A DNA stretch of 64,000 bases from Eledone cirrhosa. Its lineage: Eukaryota. The notes below the pieces were generated by a model. It was not told where the DNA came from. It ran no database searches and was given only the letters and a program-made list of their open reading frames with translations. Positions 1-13,659 of the stretch are shown piece by piece. The DNA is taken from the NCBI GenBank assembly GCA_964016885.1, contig OZ024740.1, positions 424,576,001 through 424,640,000 of the forward strand, in the 5' to 3' direction. The first letter of the stretch is position 1. Every line of letters starts with the position of its first letter. The translations under genes were made by a program, and so were the position numbers.

Positions 1-1720
1 CGGAACCCATGTTGGTTGGAGTTCAGCAGGCCGTTGCTTTCAAGAAAGTGGGTTATTCGTGATCTCACCACCCTCTCAAATACCTTGATAATATGAGAGG
101 TGAGTGAGATCGGACGGTAGTTCACTGCAAGGGACTTATTTCCCTTTTTGAAGACTGGGACAACGGACTGGGACAGAAGGTTTTCAGGAATATAGCCAGT
201 GTCCAGTGAGTTCCTCCACAGATTAGCAAGAGGAGATGCAAGTTAGTGTCGCACACCTTCAGGACACAAGCAGGGAACCTGTCGGGGCCTACTGCTGAAT
301 TGTGTTTAATTTCGTTTATTGCCGCAACGACATAAGGGGCGCCAAACGTTATGTCTGATATAGTGTGTTGGGGGTTAACATCACTGATACGGCCCAGATC
401 TGCCATATCAGGATTGTTGAAACCAGAGCAGTATTGTTTCTGCAGTATCTCTCCCATGGTTTTGGCATTGTCTTGGAGTGTGCCATTTCCATCAACTAGG
501 GGGCTAACAGTGGAGACAGTGACCATGTGTTTTTTAGCAAATGAAAAGAACACTTTGGGGTTGAGTTTGATTTTCTCAATGGCCGACCTCTCTTCAGCTG
601 TTCTCTGGTTATTGGTGATGGTCTTCATGCTTTGTGGGAGGTTATATTTTTTTTTATTCAAGTAGGGCGATAGCCGTCGAATGTGTGTGTTGCTGTTGGC
701 AGTATTTTAGTGTGTTAATTTTTCTGTTTGTTCTTTTTATTTTTCTGATAATTGTTTTTCTGTTTTTGGGGTACTGCACTTAGTTTTGTTCACAGGTTTT
801 GGTGGGGTGTGTTTTGTATATATATTTGTGACAGTGTCTACAAAGATCTGCCAAGATGTTTTGATGTTGGTGGAAATGTGTGCATGTGTAAAAGACCAGT
901 CAACATGTGATAGTTCGTTTATAATTGCATCCCAGTTGGCATTATAGAGATCCATGTTTCAAATAGGTGGGCTGGAAAGGGGTCCCTAGGATTAGCTTTT
1001 GGCTGGTGGAATCTCAGTTTACAAAGAACCATGTCATGGTAATATTATGTATAGTGTTAGTGTGGTTACTAAACACTAGATCCAGAATGTTCTTCTGGTG
1101 CCTTGTTGGTGCAAGGGCAAGATGGGACAAGAAAAACTCATTCATAAAGTCAAGAAGTGACTCGACTTCTTCTTTGTCAGTGGTAGAGGTTGGAGTGACT
1201 GGTTTCAAACTTATTGTAGACCAATCGACACAGGGTAGATTAAAGTCTCCCATCAAAAGTATGTTGCTAGAATGGCACTGTTGAATAAAGCATTTAATGC
1301 TGTTGAGGCATTCTTTGAAGCAGATTATGGGTGTTTGTGGTGGCCTATAGAGCCCAACTAATATCAGGTCATTGGCTTTGTTGTGCACAGTGACTGATTC
1401 ACAGTAGCTATTGGAGAATGTTGTGTTACCATCTGCTGTAAAGGAATGCAGGAAAAGGGCAGTTCCACCCTTCCTTCTGCCAACACGATCCACGCGGATA
1501 GTTGTGAAATTCCTCACTCTTACTTCGGCCTCCAAGTGGGAGTTGTCAAGGTGGGTCTAAGTAAGAATGAAGAAGGGGGTGTGAAATGGATGACTACCAA
1601 CCCAATCCTCAATGAATTGGATCTTCCATTTCTGTGCATTGATGGATGGGCTGATACCTTGTGTATTGAGTAAAAATGTGGAGGCTAGTGTGGTGGCTGG
1701 TTTTGACTGTTGCAGGGGGC
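1..1720 (-). mobile_element. Decayed CR1/L2-like LINE ORF2 (APE endonuclease and start of reverse transcriptase), running off the window start
   Basis: Minus-strand translation gives LLNTQG..K, FILT*THL, RVDRVGRRKGG, GLYRPP, LMGDFNLP, NILDLVFSN (APE endonuclease), then KHNSAVGPD and NYRPISLTSHIIKVFERV...NQHGFR (RT) at 1-126. Several stops and frameshifts. Confidence 0.92.
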
Positions 1721-1986
1721 TTGTTTTGAGATTGTGTGTTAGTGTCAGTATGGATGGTGTTGGGTGATGGCTAAAATGTTTTTCTGTATCTCTTTTGCCA
1801 GGTTCATGGCTAAAAAAGAAAAATGTTCTTGTTCAGGGAGCAGTTTTTGATTGGATTTGTGGTTACACCATTGGATAGGTTTGCAGTTCCCTCTTTTGTT
1901 GTTGTTGTTGTTGTTGAACGTATTGTAATTGTGTCTTTGTGAAAAGACTGGAGCAGCATTACTTTTGTTGTTGTTGTTTTTGTTGT

Positions 1987-2141
<155 letters not shown>

Positions 2142-2640
2142 ATAACTGTAATTTGACGGCTGCAGCTTGAAAACGTCCGTCTTCCCCATACTCATATTTA
2201 GAGCGGGTTAGGGGTTAAAAGATATAGATGGTGTTTGAAGTAGGGATTATGGGGGATGTCTCAAATATAGACAGTTCATGATTGGCGGCTTTGTTTTTAC
2301 GAATATTAAAAAAAAACTAGTTTGGAATCCGATGGTCGTATCCTCTAGAGGTTTTGTTTGTTGTTGACTTTTTTTTTCTGAGTGTATTATTTACATATAG
2401 GGGATTCGAGGATTGCGTCTGTTCAAGGTATATCTACGTTCGGAGTTGTGTGACGGTCCTACTTGCTTGTTTCACACATACACACAGACACACACACACA
2501 CACACACACATACACACATATATATATAGTCATACACACACTCACACACATATATATATATATATATATAGTCATACACACGCACACACACACACACGCG
2601 CACACTCACGCGCACACACACACACACACACATATATATA

Positions 2641-2935
2641 TGATCATGGTTTTGCAGTTAGAAATTCCCCTCCGAGGCATAGGTCTTGGCAAGGGTGTTT
2701 GTGGAAGACCAGCAGTCGTCCGTGTATACCAGTCTCCCCTCTCTACACAACTGATGTTGTCCAAGGAAAGGCAAAGGCAATACAACTTAGCATGTCGTCA
2801 TTTATTTCTACAGATCCGTGAATTGGAACAACGTTAAATAAATGTCTTTCTCAAGAACACTACACATTACCCAGTCCGAAAATGACAACCTTCCGATTGC
2901 AAGCCCAACGCTCTAACCACTAAGCCATGTGCTTT

Positions 2936-2936
<1 letters not shown>
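2641..2936 (-). mobile_element. tRNA-derived CORE-like SINE
   Basis: Reverse complement begins catggcttagtggttagagc (A box) and contains a ttcttgagaaagaca core, homologous to copies at 5337, 36920, 39902 and 61263. Confidence 0.75.
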
Positions 2937-2970
<34 letters not shown>

Positions 2971-3039
2971 TACCTTCTAACTTTTTGTCGATAGGTTGAG
3001 GCCATGCTGGGGCATCGCCATGTGTGTAACAGTTTCTAC

Positions 3040-3430
3040 TGCAATTTCCCATTTGTGCTTCTTGCCCCTCTTACACTCATCAGAGATCTTAGACAACAGA
3101 ATGTCGAGATGCTTTAAAAAACATCTACATCCACCATTTGGAGACCTTTTTTGTACGTGGGACTTCATACTAAGGAGTTGTTGGCCATAGAACACCATTC
3201 TATTTCAGTTAGTGGTTCTTATTGTTGGTGTTGCGGTCGGGATATTTGGCAGTATGCAGTAAAGTCCTCTTGAAAGGTTGGTCCATTTCTCAGTACCAAA
3301 GTTTGATGCTAACCCTTCCAGTATATTTCATATATATATCATTGCGTATCTCCCCCGGCTATGCCCCAGAGAGTAGATAGAGTCCTAATTCTTTCACCCT
3401 CTCTCAGTAGGTCATTGAGGCAATTTTGTT
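3040..3430 (-). mobile_element. CR1-like LINE 3'-end remnant
   Basis: Minus translation Y*ERVKELGLY..SLGHSRGRYAMIYI*NILEGLASNFG and FLKHLDILLSKISDE resembles the LYSLERRRERY / FKxxLDxxL C-terminus of CR1-type ORF2. Confidence 0.7.
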
Positions 3431-3444
3431 GGTGTACTTTTGTG

Positions 3445-3910
3445 TGTGTATCCTGGGTTCAATCGGGGATCACCACAGTAAGTAAAGTACTCAATACATA
3501 GCAGAGTATAAATATTTAGAAACAGATCTAGGCATGTAGAAACAATTTCTATATTAAATATATATGTATATATATATACCTGTGTTTGTACGTATATATT
3601 CGATATACATGTGCTGTTCAAGACACAACTTTCCAGTTTAAATTTCTTTATTATAATATTTTCATATTTGATATTAGTATTGTGATACAGGTATTCTTTG
3701 ATTGATAACCTACTTTTTTCTGGGTTCTGTACAATACAGTCGTATTGTCCGTTAATGTAGCCCTAACTTTGAATCGTGGTAAGTGGTGTAATGTGTTGCA
3801 ATTGTACCTTGTTGTAAATGTTGTGAGATTTCGAGAGAGTAGAGTACTTGTTGGTCTCTCTTACAATTGCTTCCTTGCAGTTTACAACTTTCATTTTTAC
3901 ATATAGCTAA
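3445..3910 (-). mobile_element. Penelope-like element remnant: degenerate GIY-YIG fragment plus terminal segment
   Basis: Frameshifted minus translation ICKNESCKLQ..TSTLLSRNL.QHLQQGTIATHYTTYHDSKL..DNTTVLYRTQK.RLSIKE. Segment 3445-3545 matches the element end at 14446-14520. Confidence 0.45.
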
Positions 3911-4856
3911 TTAACTCTATAATTAAGTTTCACTGAGTTTTTTTTCTTTGTTCTGTGTCTAACAATTTTACACAGAAGCATACAGCACATAACCTTCTTG
4001 ACAATTAACACCTTGCTCACGCTACCAAGACAATCCTCAAACGAACAATAATAATTACATCTATTACAATCTGTTTCTCAAACCCGCAGTGTAACAATTA
4101 TTACTATTTCATGATAAGGGAGGTGTAGTGAGATGAATGAAACTATTTTAATTTGTGTCTAATATCACTCCAGTAGTAATATAAAACATATTCTTCCTCA
4201 TTTTAGACTACGCTGCTTATCTATCAATATATGTAAATAGCGTCCGCCATTGTATAAATAAAATCCTTGTTACATACTGCTGTCTTGGTCAACATTACGA
4301 AACAACACAGTTTATAGATTTCTTCAATAGTAATTATAGATAATATCAGTATCATCGAACACCACAACACCCACTGAATAAGGAAATTATTTTATTGATA
4401 TGTGTTACATTCACAAAACTGTATCTAACACTTATTGAGAAATTGTGTATTCCATAATTCAGTATATTTAAATCACGACAGACCCACTTGGTAAATACCA
4501 TGGATGACACACTCTCTAATCGGCGTAAAACAGTCGATGTGAGACAGAAATTTCAGCGAAATTGCTTTCCAAACTTTGAACTTTATCAGTGAATTGTCTA
4601 CGGGTTCAAACAGAAGCTATGTGAGACCACAAAACAGTGAAAATAACCACAACAAAGGTCATATTAGATAATATACTTCTACATACATTATTACTAGAGA
4701 AACTAAACAACCCATCCCACTCCACACAAATAAATTATAAATAAATAAAATGGATGTTTACAGTTAAACCACCATTGATCGTGGCTCAATGGGATTAGAA
4801 TCACGTGAGACTAACTGACCAATGAACAACAAGAACAACATACGTACATGCATGTA

Positions 4857-4898
<42 letters not shown>

Positions 4899-5336
4899 CA
4901 AGAATACATGTGTACATATATGAATACATACATACAGTCATACATATATACCCACGTACACACATGAATACATGCATACATACATACATTCATGCGTACT
5001 ACATGAATATATACATACATGAATACATATATACATACATACAAACATACATACATATATACATACATATATATATACATATATACATATACATATGTAT
5101 AGATACATATATCCACACATACACGAGCCACCGTGGGTGTTTGTACAAGTTGACATAATCTGTGTGAAATAACAAATAAATCGCATTCAAATTACATTCA
5201 AATTACATCTAAAACAAATAAAGTAGGAAAGTTTACATATTGTTGTCACTAGTAAATAGAAAATGATGTGATGGTCATGACCAGAATGTCTTTGATCTTA
5301 GGTCTTCTCAATCAGGGATGACCTGTACCTAAACAA

Positions 5337-5578
5337 CATGGCTTAGTGGTTAGAGCATTGGGCTTGCAATCGAAAGGTTGTGAGTTCAATTCTCAGACTG
5401 GGTGATGTGTTGTTTCCTTGAGCAAGACACTTTATTTCACGTTGTTCCAGTTTACTCAGCTGTAGAAATGAGATGCTAGGACTGGGGTCCCTATCATTAA
5501 ATTACCCAAGACATCTCCAACGAGATATACCTTGGAGGAGGCCAGCTAAACCTGCATAGGTGTGAGCTGTAACAACAA
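5337..5578 (+). mobile_element. tRNA-derived CORE-like SINE
   Basis: A box tggcttagtggt, B box gagttcaattc, core ccttgagcaagacactt, (aac)n tail. Confidence 0.85.
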
Positions 5579-5689
5579 TAAAGCAACAGTAGCCTCATTA
5601 TTAAGGGTTTCCAGAGTCGAATGATTTCTTTTTTTAGTATGACAGAAGTTTTCGAAACAAAATGATGTGTAAGACGACTATACAATTTT

Positions 5690-6017
5690 GAGGATTATCT
5701 CTCTCCCCTTTCAAGGGAGGTAAATCCCGGGACGCGACGCGCAGCGACTCGTTCTAAATCTCCAACTTTGTCCGGAAGATAGTTAAATACCGGGGCCTGA
5801 CCAACAGCTGCCTCTTTGTACCCGTCTCTGGCGATAACTCTGCCCCGCACTATTGATATTTTCCGTAAAATCAGAAAAACGGCGGCTCGCTTGAGGAGGG
5901 TGTCCCGTGAGGTGGGGTGGCTGATGCAGAGGATGTCTTTGGTTATTTTTCGCAGTAATGCCTTTGCCATTTTGTCAACGGGGCGCGGCCGAGACACTGC
6001 TCAGACTGGGGTGTAAT
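5690..6017 (+). mobile_element. CRE-clade non-LTR retrotransposon 3' fragment (restriction-like endonuclease)
   Basis: GLSLSPFKGGKSRDATRSDSF...KIVKYRGLTNSCLFVPVS...REVGWLMQRMSLVIFRSNAFAILS matches the CRE RLE pattern GLTL.P..GK...D.T..D / K..KY..L / WL.QR.S....GNA..IL. Confidence 0.75.
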
Positions 6018-6544
6018 GTATGTCTGTCCCTCTCCATTTCGCTTTCTGTGCTTGATCCTTTTTTTCTTTTTCTTCTTTTCATTTCCTATTTGTCCCCTTT
6101 AATATTGTCTTGTTTTTGCCAGATACTGCTCAATTATTGTCATGTTATTATATCCTAGAAATAAAGTCTTCACTATTGTAATAGAAAAAAACATTAAAAG
6201 TAAATCTTGTATATATTGGATCCATAACACCGCATCTAAGACCTCCGTCTACGGATGTTTGACACATAGACGCCCTCTCCTGCGGATACAGAACCAGAGG
6301 GCGGCCAAAGACAAAATGTCCCGACGATTTAACACAATACATCAGCTCCACATGGCCCAATATGGTCAGAGATGGGAAGTGTTAGAGGTCAACCCGGGAG
6401 GGTTTCCTCCATCAGAGGTGAGAAGGCCCTGAACTTTGGATTTTGGAAAACCAAAATATTGCGTTCTTTTTATTTTCGTCTCTTTACGTTGTGAGTTCTG
6501 AGCTCAAATCCGACCGATGTTTAATTTTCATTGGATTGCTTGGA

Positions 6545-6907
6545 CTGTGGTCATTGTGGCCGTAGAGAGCTGACACTGTGGTCATTGTGGCCGTAGAGAG
6601 CTGACACTGTGGTCATTGTGGCCGTAGAGAGCTGACACTGTGGTCATTGTGGCCGTAGAGAGCTGACACTGTGGTCATTGTGGCCGTAGAGAGCTGACAC
6701 TGTGGTCATTGTGGCCGTAGAGAGCTGACACTGTGGTCATTGTGGCCGTAGAGAGCTGGGATTGTGGTCATTGTGGCCGTAGACTGCTGGGACTGTGGTC
6801 ATTGTGACCGTAGAGAGCTGGGATTGTGGTCATTGTGACCGTAGAGAATTGGCACTGTGGTCATTGTGGCCGTAGAGAGCTGGGATTGTGGTCATTGTGG
6901 CCGTAGT
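6545..6907. repeat. 31-bp minisatellite, about 11.7 copies
   Basis: Unit ctgtggtcattgtggccgtagagagctgaca. Confidence 0.95.
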
Positions 6908-7121
6908 AAAATTCTTAAGTTCTTAAACACATTCCCCCTTTTGATTTAGTTCCCTATATCGATGTCTCTGTCTACATTTGATTTGATATTCAATCATAGA
7001 TTAGTCATCGAAATCACAAATCAATGTTGATCATAGTACTACATTATCAGGGCTAAAATAGGGGCTAAACAAGTAGGGGGCTAAAGTAGGGGCTAAACAA
7101 GACTAACACTTTATCAAATAT

Positions 7122-7164
7122 CTTTCTTTCTTTCATTAATTCTTTCTTTCTGTCTTTCTTTCTT

Positions 7165-7223
<59 letters not shown>

Positions 7224-7256
7224 ATCCTTCTTTCTATCTTTCTTTATTTTTTCCTG

Positions 7257-7288
<32 letters not shown>

Positions 7289-7290
7289 TC
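7122..7290. repeat. (TTTC)n microsatellite
   Basis: Directly visible. Confidence 0.95.
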
Positions 7291-7669
7291 ATTTTCGATC
7301 TTTATCTTTCTTTTATTTCTTTTACTCTTCAATAGTTTTCCTTTTTCTTTTTGTTTGTTTTTTTCTTTTCCAGCTCCATACTTACTTCCGGTAGTAGAAT
7401 ATTTCTTGATCACGTGATTTGTGTTATGACACTGTCTTCCGTCACATCTGGGAAAGAACTTTCTACCTGTGAGTGATTGTCTTCATTGTCAACTGAAAGT
7501 AAAAATTAGAGTCTAATTAATCAGAATTCTGTTATCTAATAGAATGAGAGGAGACTTCGCGAGGTTACATCATATGCTGAAGATAGCAGCTAAATCTCCC
7601 TCAAGCCACACAACCTACCTTATTAAACAAGACAGAATTCTCGTTGGATAATATTATTTTGCCACTTAG

Positions 7670-7850
7670 GGGCGGTGAATTGGCAGTATCGGTCGGACGC
7701 CATGCTTTGCAGCAAAGAGTTACGGCCCTTTATGGGCTGACTTCACATCCCGCCGAGGTTAACTTTGCCTGTCATCCTTACAGGATCGATAAAATAAAGT
7801 ACCAGTAATGCACTGGGATAATTGCTGGCCTTGTGCCAAAAGTAGAAACA
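7670..7850 (+). mobile_element. SINE with Meta-like central domain, flanked by a 17-bp TSD
   Basis: ccgccgaggttaactttgcctgtcatccttacaggatcgataaaataaagtaccag core. TSD attattttgccacttag on both sides. Confidence 0.85.
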
Positions 7851-8340
7851 ATTATTTTGCCACTTAGTAAGGGAGGAAAAGATAACTCCTATGACACTTT
7901 ATTTAGATCTCTGAGATCGGTCAGATGTAAGGAGGAAGGGAGACTTAAACTGGAGTTATGGTCCGAATGCCTGCGAAAGAGTGAACTCAACTAAAGACTG
8001 TGTTGTTGTTAATCTGGGTGACGATATAAGTTTATCACCCAAGAATTTGGAATGGAAAGAATGGTGTCACATACCTCAAGGTATCACGTCTGATGTTCTG
8101 ATAATTTCATTAATAAAATGTCCTGGACTGGTACTTTATTTTATTGGCCCAAATTTGATAAAATCAAAGTTGAATTCTGCTGGATTTGAACTCAGGTCGC
8201 AGAGAGCCAGAACAAATACTGCAATGCAGCTTGTTGAAGGCTCACACGATTCAGCCAGTTAACAATTGACCATGGGCTAAAGAACAGTATCATGCTATCA
8301 ACTAATGTTTGATTATTACTATAGAACGGAATGTTGTGGT

Positions 8341-8620
8341 AAAAGTCTGTCTGGAGCCCGCGGGCTTATCTGGCCGCTGTTTGTCCCGGTTTTCGTGACG
8401 TTAAGCAACTGAGAGTAAAAGACTTTCCCCGGACAGGAGGCCCGTCCATCGCAGGGTTAAACCTCCAGTTATCGCTGGTACTCATTTTCAGCTAAATATA
8501 CTGGAGCAACGGGAAATGAAATGTTTTTGCTCAAGGACACAGCATACAACTCAGTCTAAGAATCGAACCCATGACGTTATGATCGTAGGCCCAGCACCCT
8601 TCCCACTAGGAAACGTTCCT
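8341..8620 (-). mobile_element. CORE-like SINE, long-tail subfamily
   Basis: Reverse-complement homolog of 38090-38367. Confidence 0.75.
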
Positions 8621-9014
8621 CAATTGTGTACAGTGTGGTGAGAATGTTATCATACCCCCACCTAAACTTTGAGAACAGTAACAAGTCTTAATTACATTGC
8701 CAGAATTAACAGCTATGACGAATGAACAAGAAAGCCCTTACTTGCATGCGCGATTTGATAGAAATAGCACCTACATTTCCCTCAAATTCGTCTTAGAAAA
8801 TAATACATAAGGTGTTATGGCAGTGGATAAATAAGATGGAATGGTCACGACTAGAGCGCATTTGTGGGATGTTCTGTCCCGTTTAGCTCGGGGTCAGTAC
8901 TAATTCATACGAACTCTGTGTTCAAATCCCAGCAAGGTCAACTTTGCCTTTCGAGGTCGATTAAAAAAGTACCAGTCTAGTACTGGTGTCAATTCTATAT
9001 CTCTTTCTCACTTC

Positions 9015-10228
9015 CAATCTCTCCCCTTGCTATCCTTCCACTCTCTCTCCCCCTTGCTATCCTTCCACTCTCTCTCGCCCTTGCTATCCTTCCACTCTCT
9101 CTCGCCCTTGCTATCGTTCCATTCTCTCTCCTCCTTGCTATCCTTCCACTCTCTCTCCCCCTTGCTATCGTTCCATTCTCTCTCCTCCTTGCTATCCTTC
9201 CATTCTCTCTCCCCCTTGCTATCGTTCCATTCTCTCTCCCCCTTGCTATCCTTCCATTCTCTCTCCTCCTTGCTATCCTTCCACACTCTCTCGCCCTTGC
9301 TATCCTTCCACTCTCTCAACACCTTGCTATCCTTCCACACTCTCTCCTCCTTGCTATCCTTCCACTCTCTCTCCCCTTGCTATCCTTCCATTCTCTCTCC
9401 TCCTTGCTATCCTTCCATTCTCTCCCCCTTGCTATCCTTTCATTCTCTCTCCCCCTTGCTATCCTTCCACTCTCTCTCCCCTTGCTATCCTTCCACTCTC
9501 TCTCCTCCTTGCTATCCTTCCACTCTCTCTCCCCTTGCTATCCTTCCACTCTCTCTCCTCCTTGCTATCCTCCCACCCTCTCTCCCCCTTGCTATCCTTC
9601 CACTCTCTCCCCCTTGCTATCCTTCCATTCTCTCTCCTCCTTGCTATCCTTCCACTCTATCTCCTCCTTGCTATCCTTCCACTCTCTCTCTCCCTTGCTA
9701 TCCTTCCACTCTCTCTCCTCCTTCCCTTGCTATCCTTCCATTCTCTCTCCCCCTTGCTATCCTTCCATCTCTCCCATTGCTATCCTTCCACTCTCTCTCC
9801 CCCTTGCTATCCTTCCACTCTCCCCCTGCTACCCTTCTATTCTCTCCCCCTTGCTATCCTTCCACTCTCCCCCTTGCTATCCTTCCATTCTCTCCCCCTT
9901 GCTATCCTTCCATTCGCCCCCTTCATATCCTTCCATTCTCTCCCCTTGCTATCCTTCCACTCTCTCCCTTGCTATCCTTCCATTCTCCCCCTTGCTATCC
10001 TTCCATTCTCTCCCCCTTGCTATCCTTCCACTCTCCCCCATGCTATCCTTCCAGTCTCTCCTCCTTGCTATCCTTCCATTCTCTCACCCTTGCCATCCTT
10101 CCATTCTCTCCCCTTGCTATCCTTCCACTCTCCCCCTTGCTATCCTTCCATTCTCTCACCCTTGCCATCCTTCCATTCTCTCCCCTTGCTATCCTTCCAC
10201 TCTCCCCCTTGCTATCCTTCCATTCTTC
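9015..10228. repeat. 24-27 bp pyrimidine-rich minisatellite
   Basis: Unit ccttgctatccttcca(c/t)tctctctcc. The ORFs here are repeat translations. Confidence 0.95.
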
Positions 10229-10253
10229 ACTGGAAGAAATCTGTTGTATTCAG

Positions 10254-10384
10254 ACCTGGAGAAGAGATGGGCCCTGCCAGGGTTTACAGAAATGTCCTAG
10301 AAACGCCGTATCTCACGGCACCCCTACCACTCTCTCAGGGGTTACCCGGCCATTCATACAATATAGTCAGATATATTATTTATG
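10254..10384 (+). pseudogene. Candidate exon 1 of a possible degenerate FGF/beta-trefoil-like gene
   Basis: Unique sequence between two satellites, bounded by tattcag| and G|gtaagt. Open frame PGEEMGPARVYRNVLETPYLTAPLPLSQGLPGHSYNIVRYIIY(G). Confidence 0.3.
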
Positions 10385-10479
10385 GTAAGTGTATAGTTTA
10401 AGGGACATTTTCACTATTGGTATCTTTTTGGGGGAGAGCGTCTATGTAGATACTCCATTGTACTACCACCATGATATTG

Positions 10480-12946
10480 GTGGTGGTGTAGTGGTGTGGC
10501 GGTGGTGTGGTAGTATGGTGGTGTGGTGGTGTGGTGGTGATGTGATGGTGTGGTCGTGTACTGGTGGTGTGGTGGTGTGGTGGTGTAGTGGTGTGATGTG
10601 GTGGTGTGGTGGTAGTGTGGTGGTGTGATTGTGTAATGGTGTGGTGGTGTCGTGGTGTGGTGGTATAGTGGTGTGGTGGTATAGTGGTGTGGTGGTGTGG
10701 TGGTGTGGTGGTGGTATAGTGGTGTGGTGGTGCGGCGGTGGTATAGAAGTGTGGTGGTGTGGTGGTAGTATAGTGGTGTGGTGGTGCGACGGTGGTATAG
10801 TGGTGTGGTGGTGTGGTGGTGGTATAGTGGTGTGGTGGTGCGATGGTGGTATAGTGGTGTGGTGGTGTGGTGGTGTGGTGGTGGTATAGTGGTGTGGTGG
10901 TGTGGTGGTGGTATAGTGGTATGGTGGTGCGACGGTGGTATAGTGGTGTGGTGGTGTGGTGGTGGTATAGTGGTGTGGTGGTGTGGTGGTGGTATAGTGG
11001 TGTGGTGGTGTGGTGGTGGTATAGTGGTGTGGTGGTGTGGTGGTGGTATAGTGGTTCGGTGGTGCGATGGTGGTATAGTGGTGTGGTGGTGTGGTGGTGG
11101 TATAGTGGTGTGGTGGTGTGGTGGTGGTATAGTGGTGTGGTGGTGTGGTGGTGGTATAGTGGTGTGGTGGTGTGGTGGTGGTATAGTGGTGTGGTGGTGT
11201 GGTGGTGGTATAGTGGTGTGGTGGTGTGGTGGTGGTATAGTGGTGTGGTGGTGTGGTGGTGGTATAGTGGTGTGGTGGTGTGGTGGTGGTATAGTGGTGT
11301 GGTGGTGTGGTGGTGGTATAGTGGTGTGATGGTGCGACGGTGGTATAGTGGTGTGGTGGTGTGGTGGTGGTATAGTGGTTCGGTGGTGCGATGGTGGTAT
11401 AGTGGTGTGGTGGTGTGGTGGTGGTATAGTGGTGTGGTGGTGTGGTGGTGGTATAGTGGTGTGGTGGTGTGGTGGTGGTATAGTGGTGTGATGGTGCGAC
11501 GGTGGTATAGTGGTGTGGTGGTGTGGTGGTGGTATAGTGGTTCGGTGGTGCGATGGTGGTATAGTGGTGTGGTGGTGTGGTGGTGGTATAGTGGTTCGGT
11601 GGTGGTATAGTGGTGTGGTGGTGTGGTGGTGGTATAGTGGTGTGGTGGTGTGGTGGTGGTATAGTGGTGTGGTGGTGTGGTGGTGGTATAGTGGTGTGGT
11701 GGTGCGATGGTGGTGTGGTGGTGTGGTGGTGGTATAGTGGTGGTGTGGTGGTGGTATAGTGGTGTGATGGTGCGACGGTGGTATAGTGGTGTGGTGGTGT
11801 GGTGGTGGTATAGTGGTTCGGTGGTGCGATGGTGGTATAGTGGTGTGGTGGTGTGGTGGTGGTATAGTGGTTCGGTGGTGGTATAGTGGTGTGGTGGTGT
11901 GGTGGTGGTATAGTGGTGTGGTGGTGTGGTGGTGGTATAGTGGTGTGGTGGTGTGGTGGTGGTATAGTGGTATGGTGGTGCGATGGTGGTATAGTGGTGT
12001 GGTGGTGTGGTGGTGGTATAGTGGTGTGGTGGTGTGGTGGTGGTATAGTGGTGTGGTGGTGTGGTGGTGGTATAGTGGTGTGGTGGTGTGGTGGTGTGGT
12101 GGTGGTATAGTGGTGTGGTGGTGTGGTGGTGGTGTAGTGGTGTGGTGGCGGTATAGTGGTGTGGTGGTGTGGTGGTGGTATAGTGGTGTGGTGGTGTGGT
12201 GGTGGTATAGTGGTGTGGTGGTGTGGTGGTGGTATAGTGGTGTGGTGGTGCGATGGTGGTGTAGTGGTGTGGTGGTGTGGTGGTGTGGTGGTGTGGTGGT
12301 GGTATAGTGGTGTGGTGGTGTGGTGGTATAGTGGTGTGGTGGTGTGGTGGTGGTATAGTGGTGTGGTGGTGCGATGGTGGTGGTGTGGTGGTGGTATAGT
12401 GGTGTGGTGGTGCGACGGTGGTATAGTGGTGTGGTGGTGTGGTGGTGGTATAGTGGTGTGGTGGTGGTATAGTGGTGTGGTGGTGGTATAGTGGTGTGGT
12501 GGTGTGGTGGTGGTATAGTGGTGTGGTGGTGCGATGGTGGTATAGTGGTGTGGTGGTGTGGTGGTGGTATAGTGGTATGGTGGTGTGGTGGTGGTATAGT
12601 GGTGTGGTGGTGTGGTGGTGGTATAGTGGTGTGGTGGTGTGGTGGTGGTATAGTGGTGTGGTGGTGTGGTGGTGGTATAGTGGTGTGGTGGTGGTATAGT
12701 GGTGTGGTGGTGGTATAGTGGTGTGGTGGTGGTATAGTGGTGTGGTGGTGCGATGGTGGTATAGTGGTGTGGTGGTGTGGTGGTGGTATAGTGGTGTGGT
12801 GGTGGTATAGTGGTGTGGTGGTGTGGTGGTGTGGTGGTGGTATAGTGGTGTGGTGGTGGTATAGTGGTGTGGTGGTGCGATGGTGGTATAGTGGTGTGGT
12901 GGTGTGGTGGTGGTATAGTGGTGTGGTGGTGTGGTGGTGTGGTGGT
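10480..12946. repeat. 27-bp GT-rich minisatellite
   Basis: Unit tagtggtgtggtggtgtggtggtggta. Confidence 0.95.
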
Positions 12947-13088
12947 GATAACAAACGCTAACAACCAACTAACCCTAGGCTGTACATCAGTTGATCCTGA
13001 GCAAGGCATGGGGTACTTTTATTAATAATTAAATAAACTAGAAACGAAAAAAAAGATGAATAAATCATGTGAGGCAAGTAAAGTAAAA

Positions 13089-13508
13089 TAATAGTTGACA
13101 TGTATAGAAGCTGAGAAATGTATGTATATATATATATATACATGTAATTTAGGTGTGTGTATACATCTGTAAATATATATGTTTATATGTATGTGTGTAT
13201 ATTCACACAATAATAGTTGACATGTATAGCAGGTGAGAAGTGTATATATATATGTATATGTAATTTAGGTGTGTGTATACATCTGTAAATATATATCTTT
13301 ATATGTATGTGTGTATATTCACACAATAATAGTTTGCATAAAAAAGGTGGCAAGTGTATATATATGTGTAATTCATGTGTGTGTATACATCTATATATAT
13401 TTAAATATATTTATATGTATGTGTGTATTGTTACATAATAAGAGTTGTCATGAGTATAGAAGATGGAAAGTGTATATATCTATATATGTAATTCAGGTGT
13501 GTGTATAC
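13089..13508. repeat. Diverged ~115-120 bp tandem repeat, about 3.6 copies
   Basis: Repeated ataatagttgacatgtata...tgtaatttaggtgtgtgtatacatct... Confidence 0.8.
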
Positions 13509-13517
13509 GGCTCCCCC

Positions 13518-13570
<53 letters not shown>

Positions 13571-13573
13571 AAT

Positions 13574-13605
<32 letters not shown>

Positions 13606-13659
13606 TCTTTTCATAGCCCCACCCAACATCAAAATAAAAGCAAACCAATAGAAACAACC

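Noticed and set aside
5337-5410. tRNA gene
   Set aside because: tRNA-like head continues into a SINE core and occurs in many diverged copies
6545-6907. CRISPR-like 31-bp repeats (also 60065-61195)
   Set aside because: Head-to-tail repeats without unique spacers, no cas genes, eukaryotic context
10480-12946. Telomeric repeat
   Set aside because: GGT/GT-based unit rather than TTAGGG, and internal position
8986-13009. Long ORFs (PPCYPSTLS, HHYTTTTPP and WWCGGG repeats)
   Set aside because: Translations of 27-bp minisatellites, open in most frames on both strands, with frequent frame-breaking unit variants
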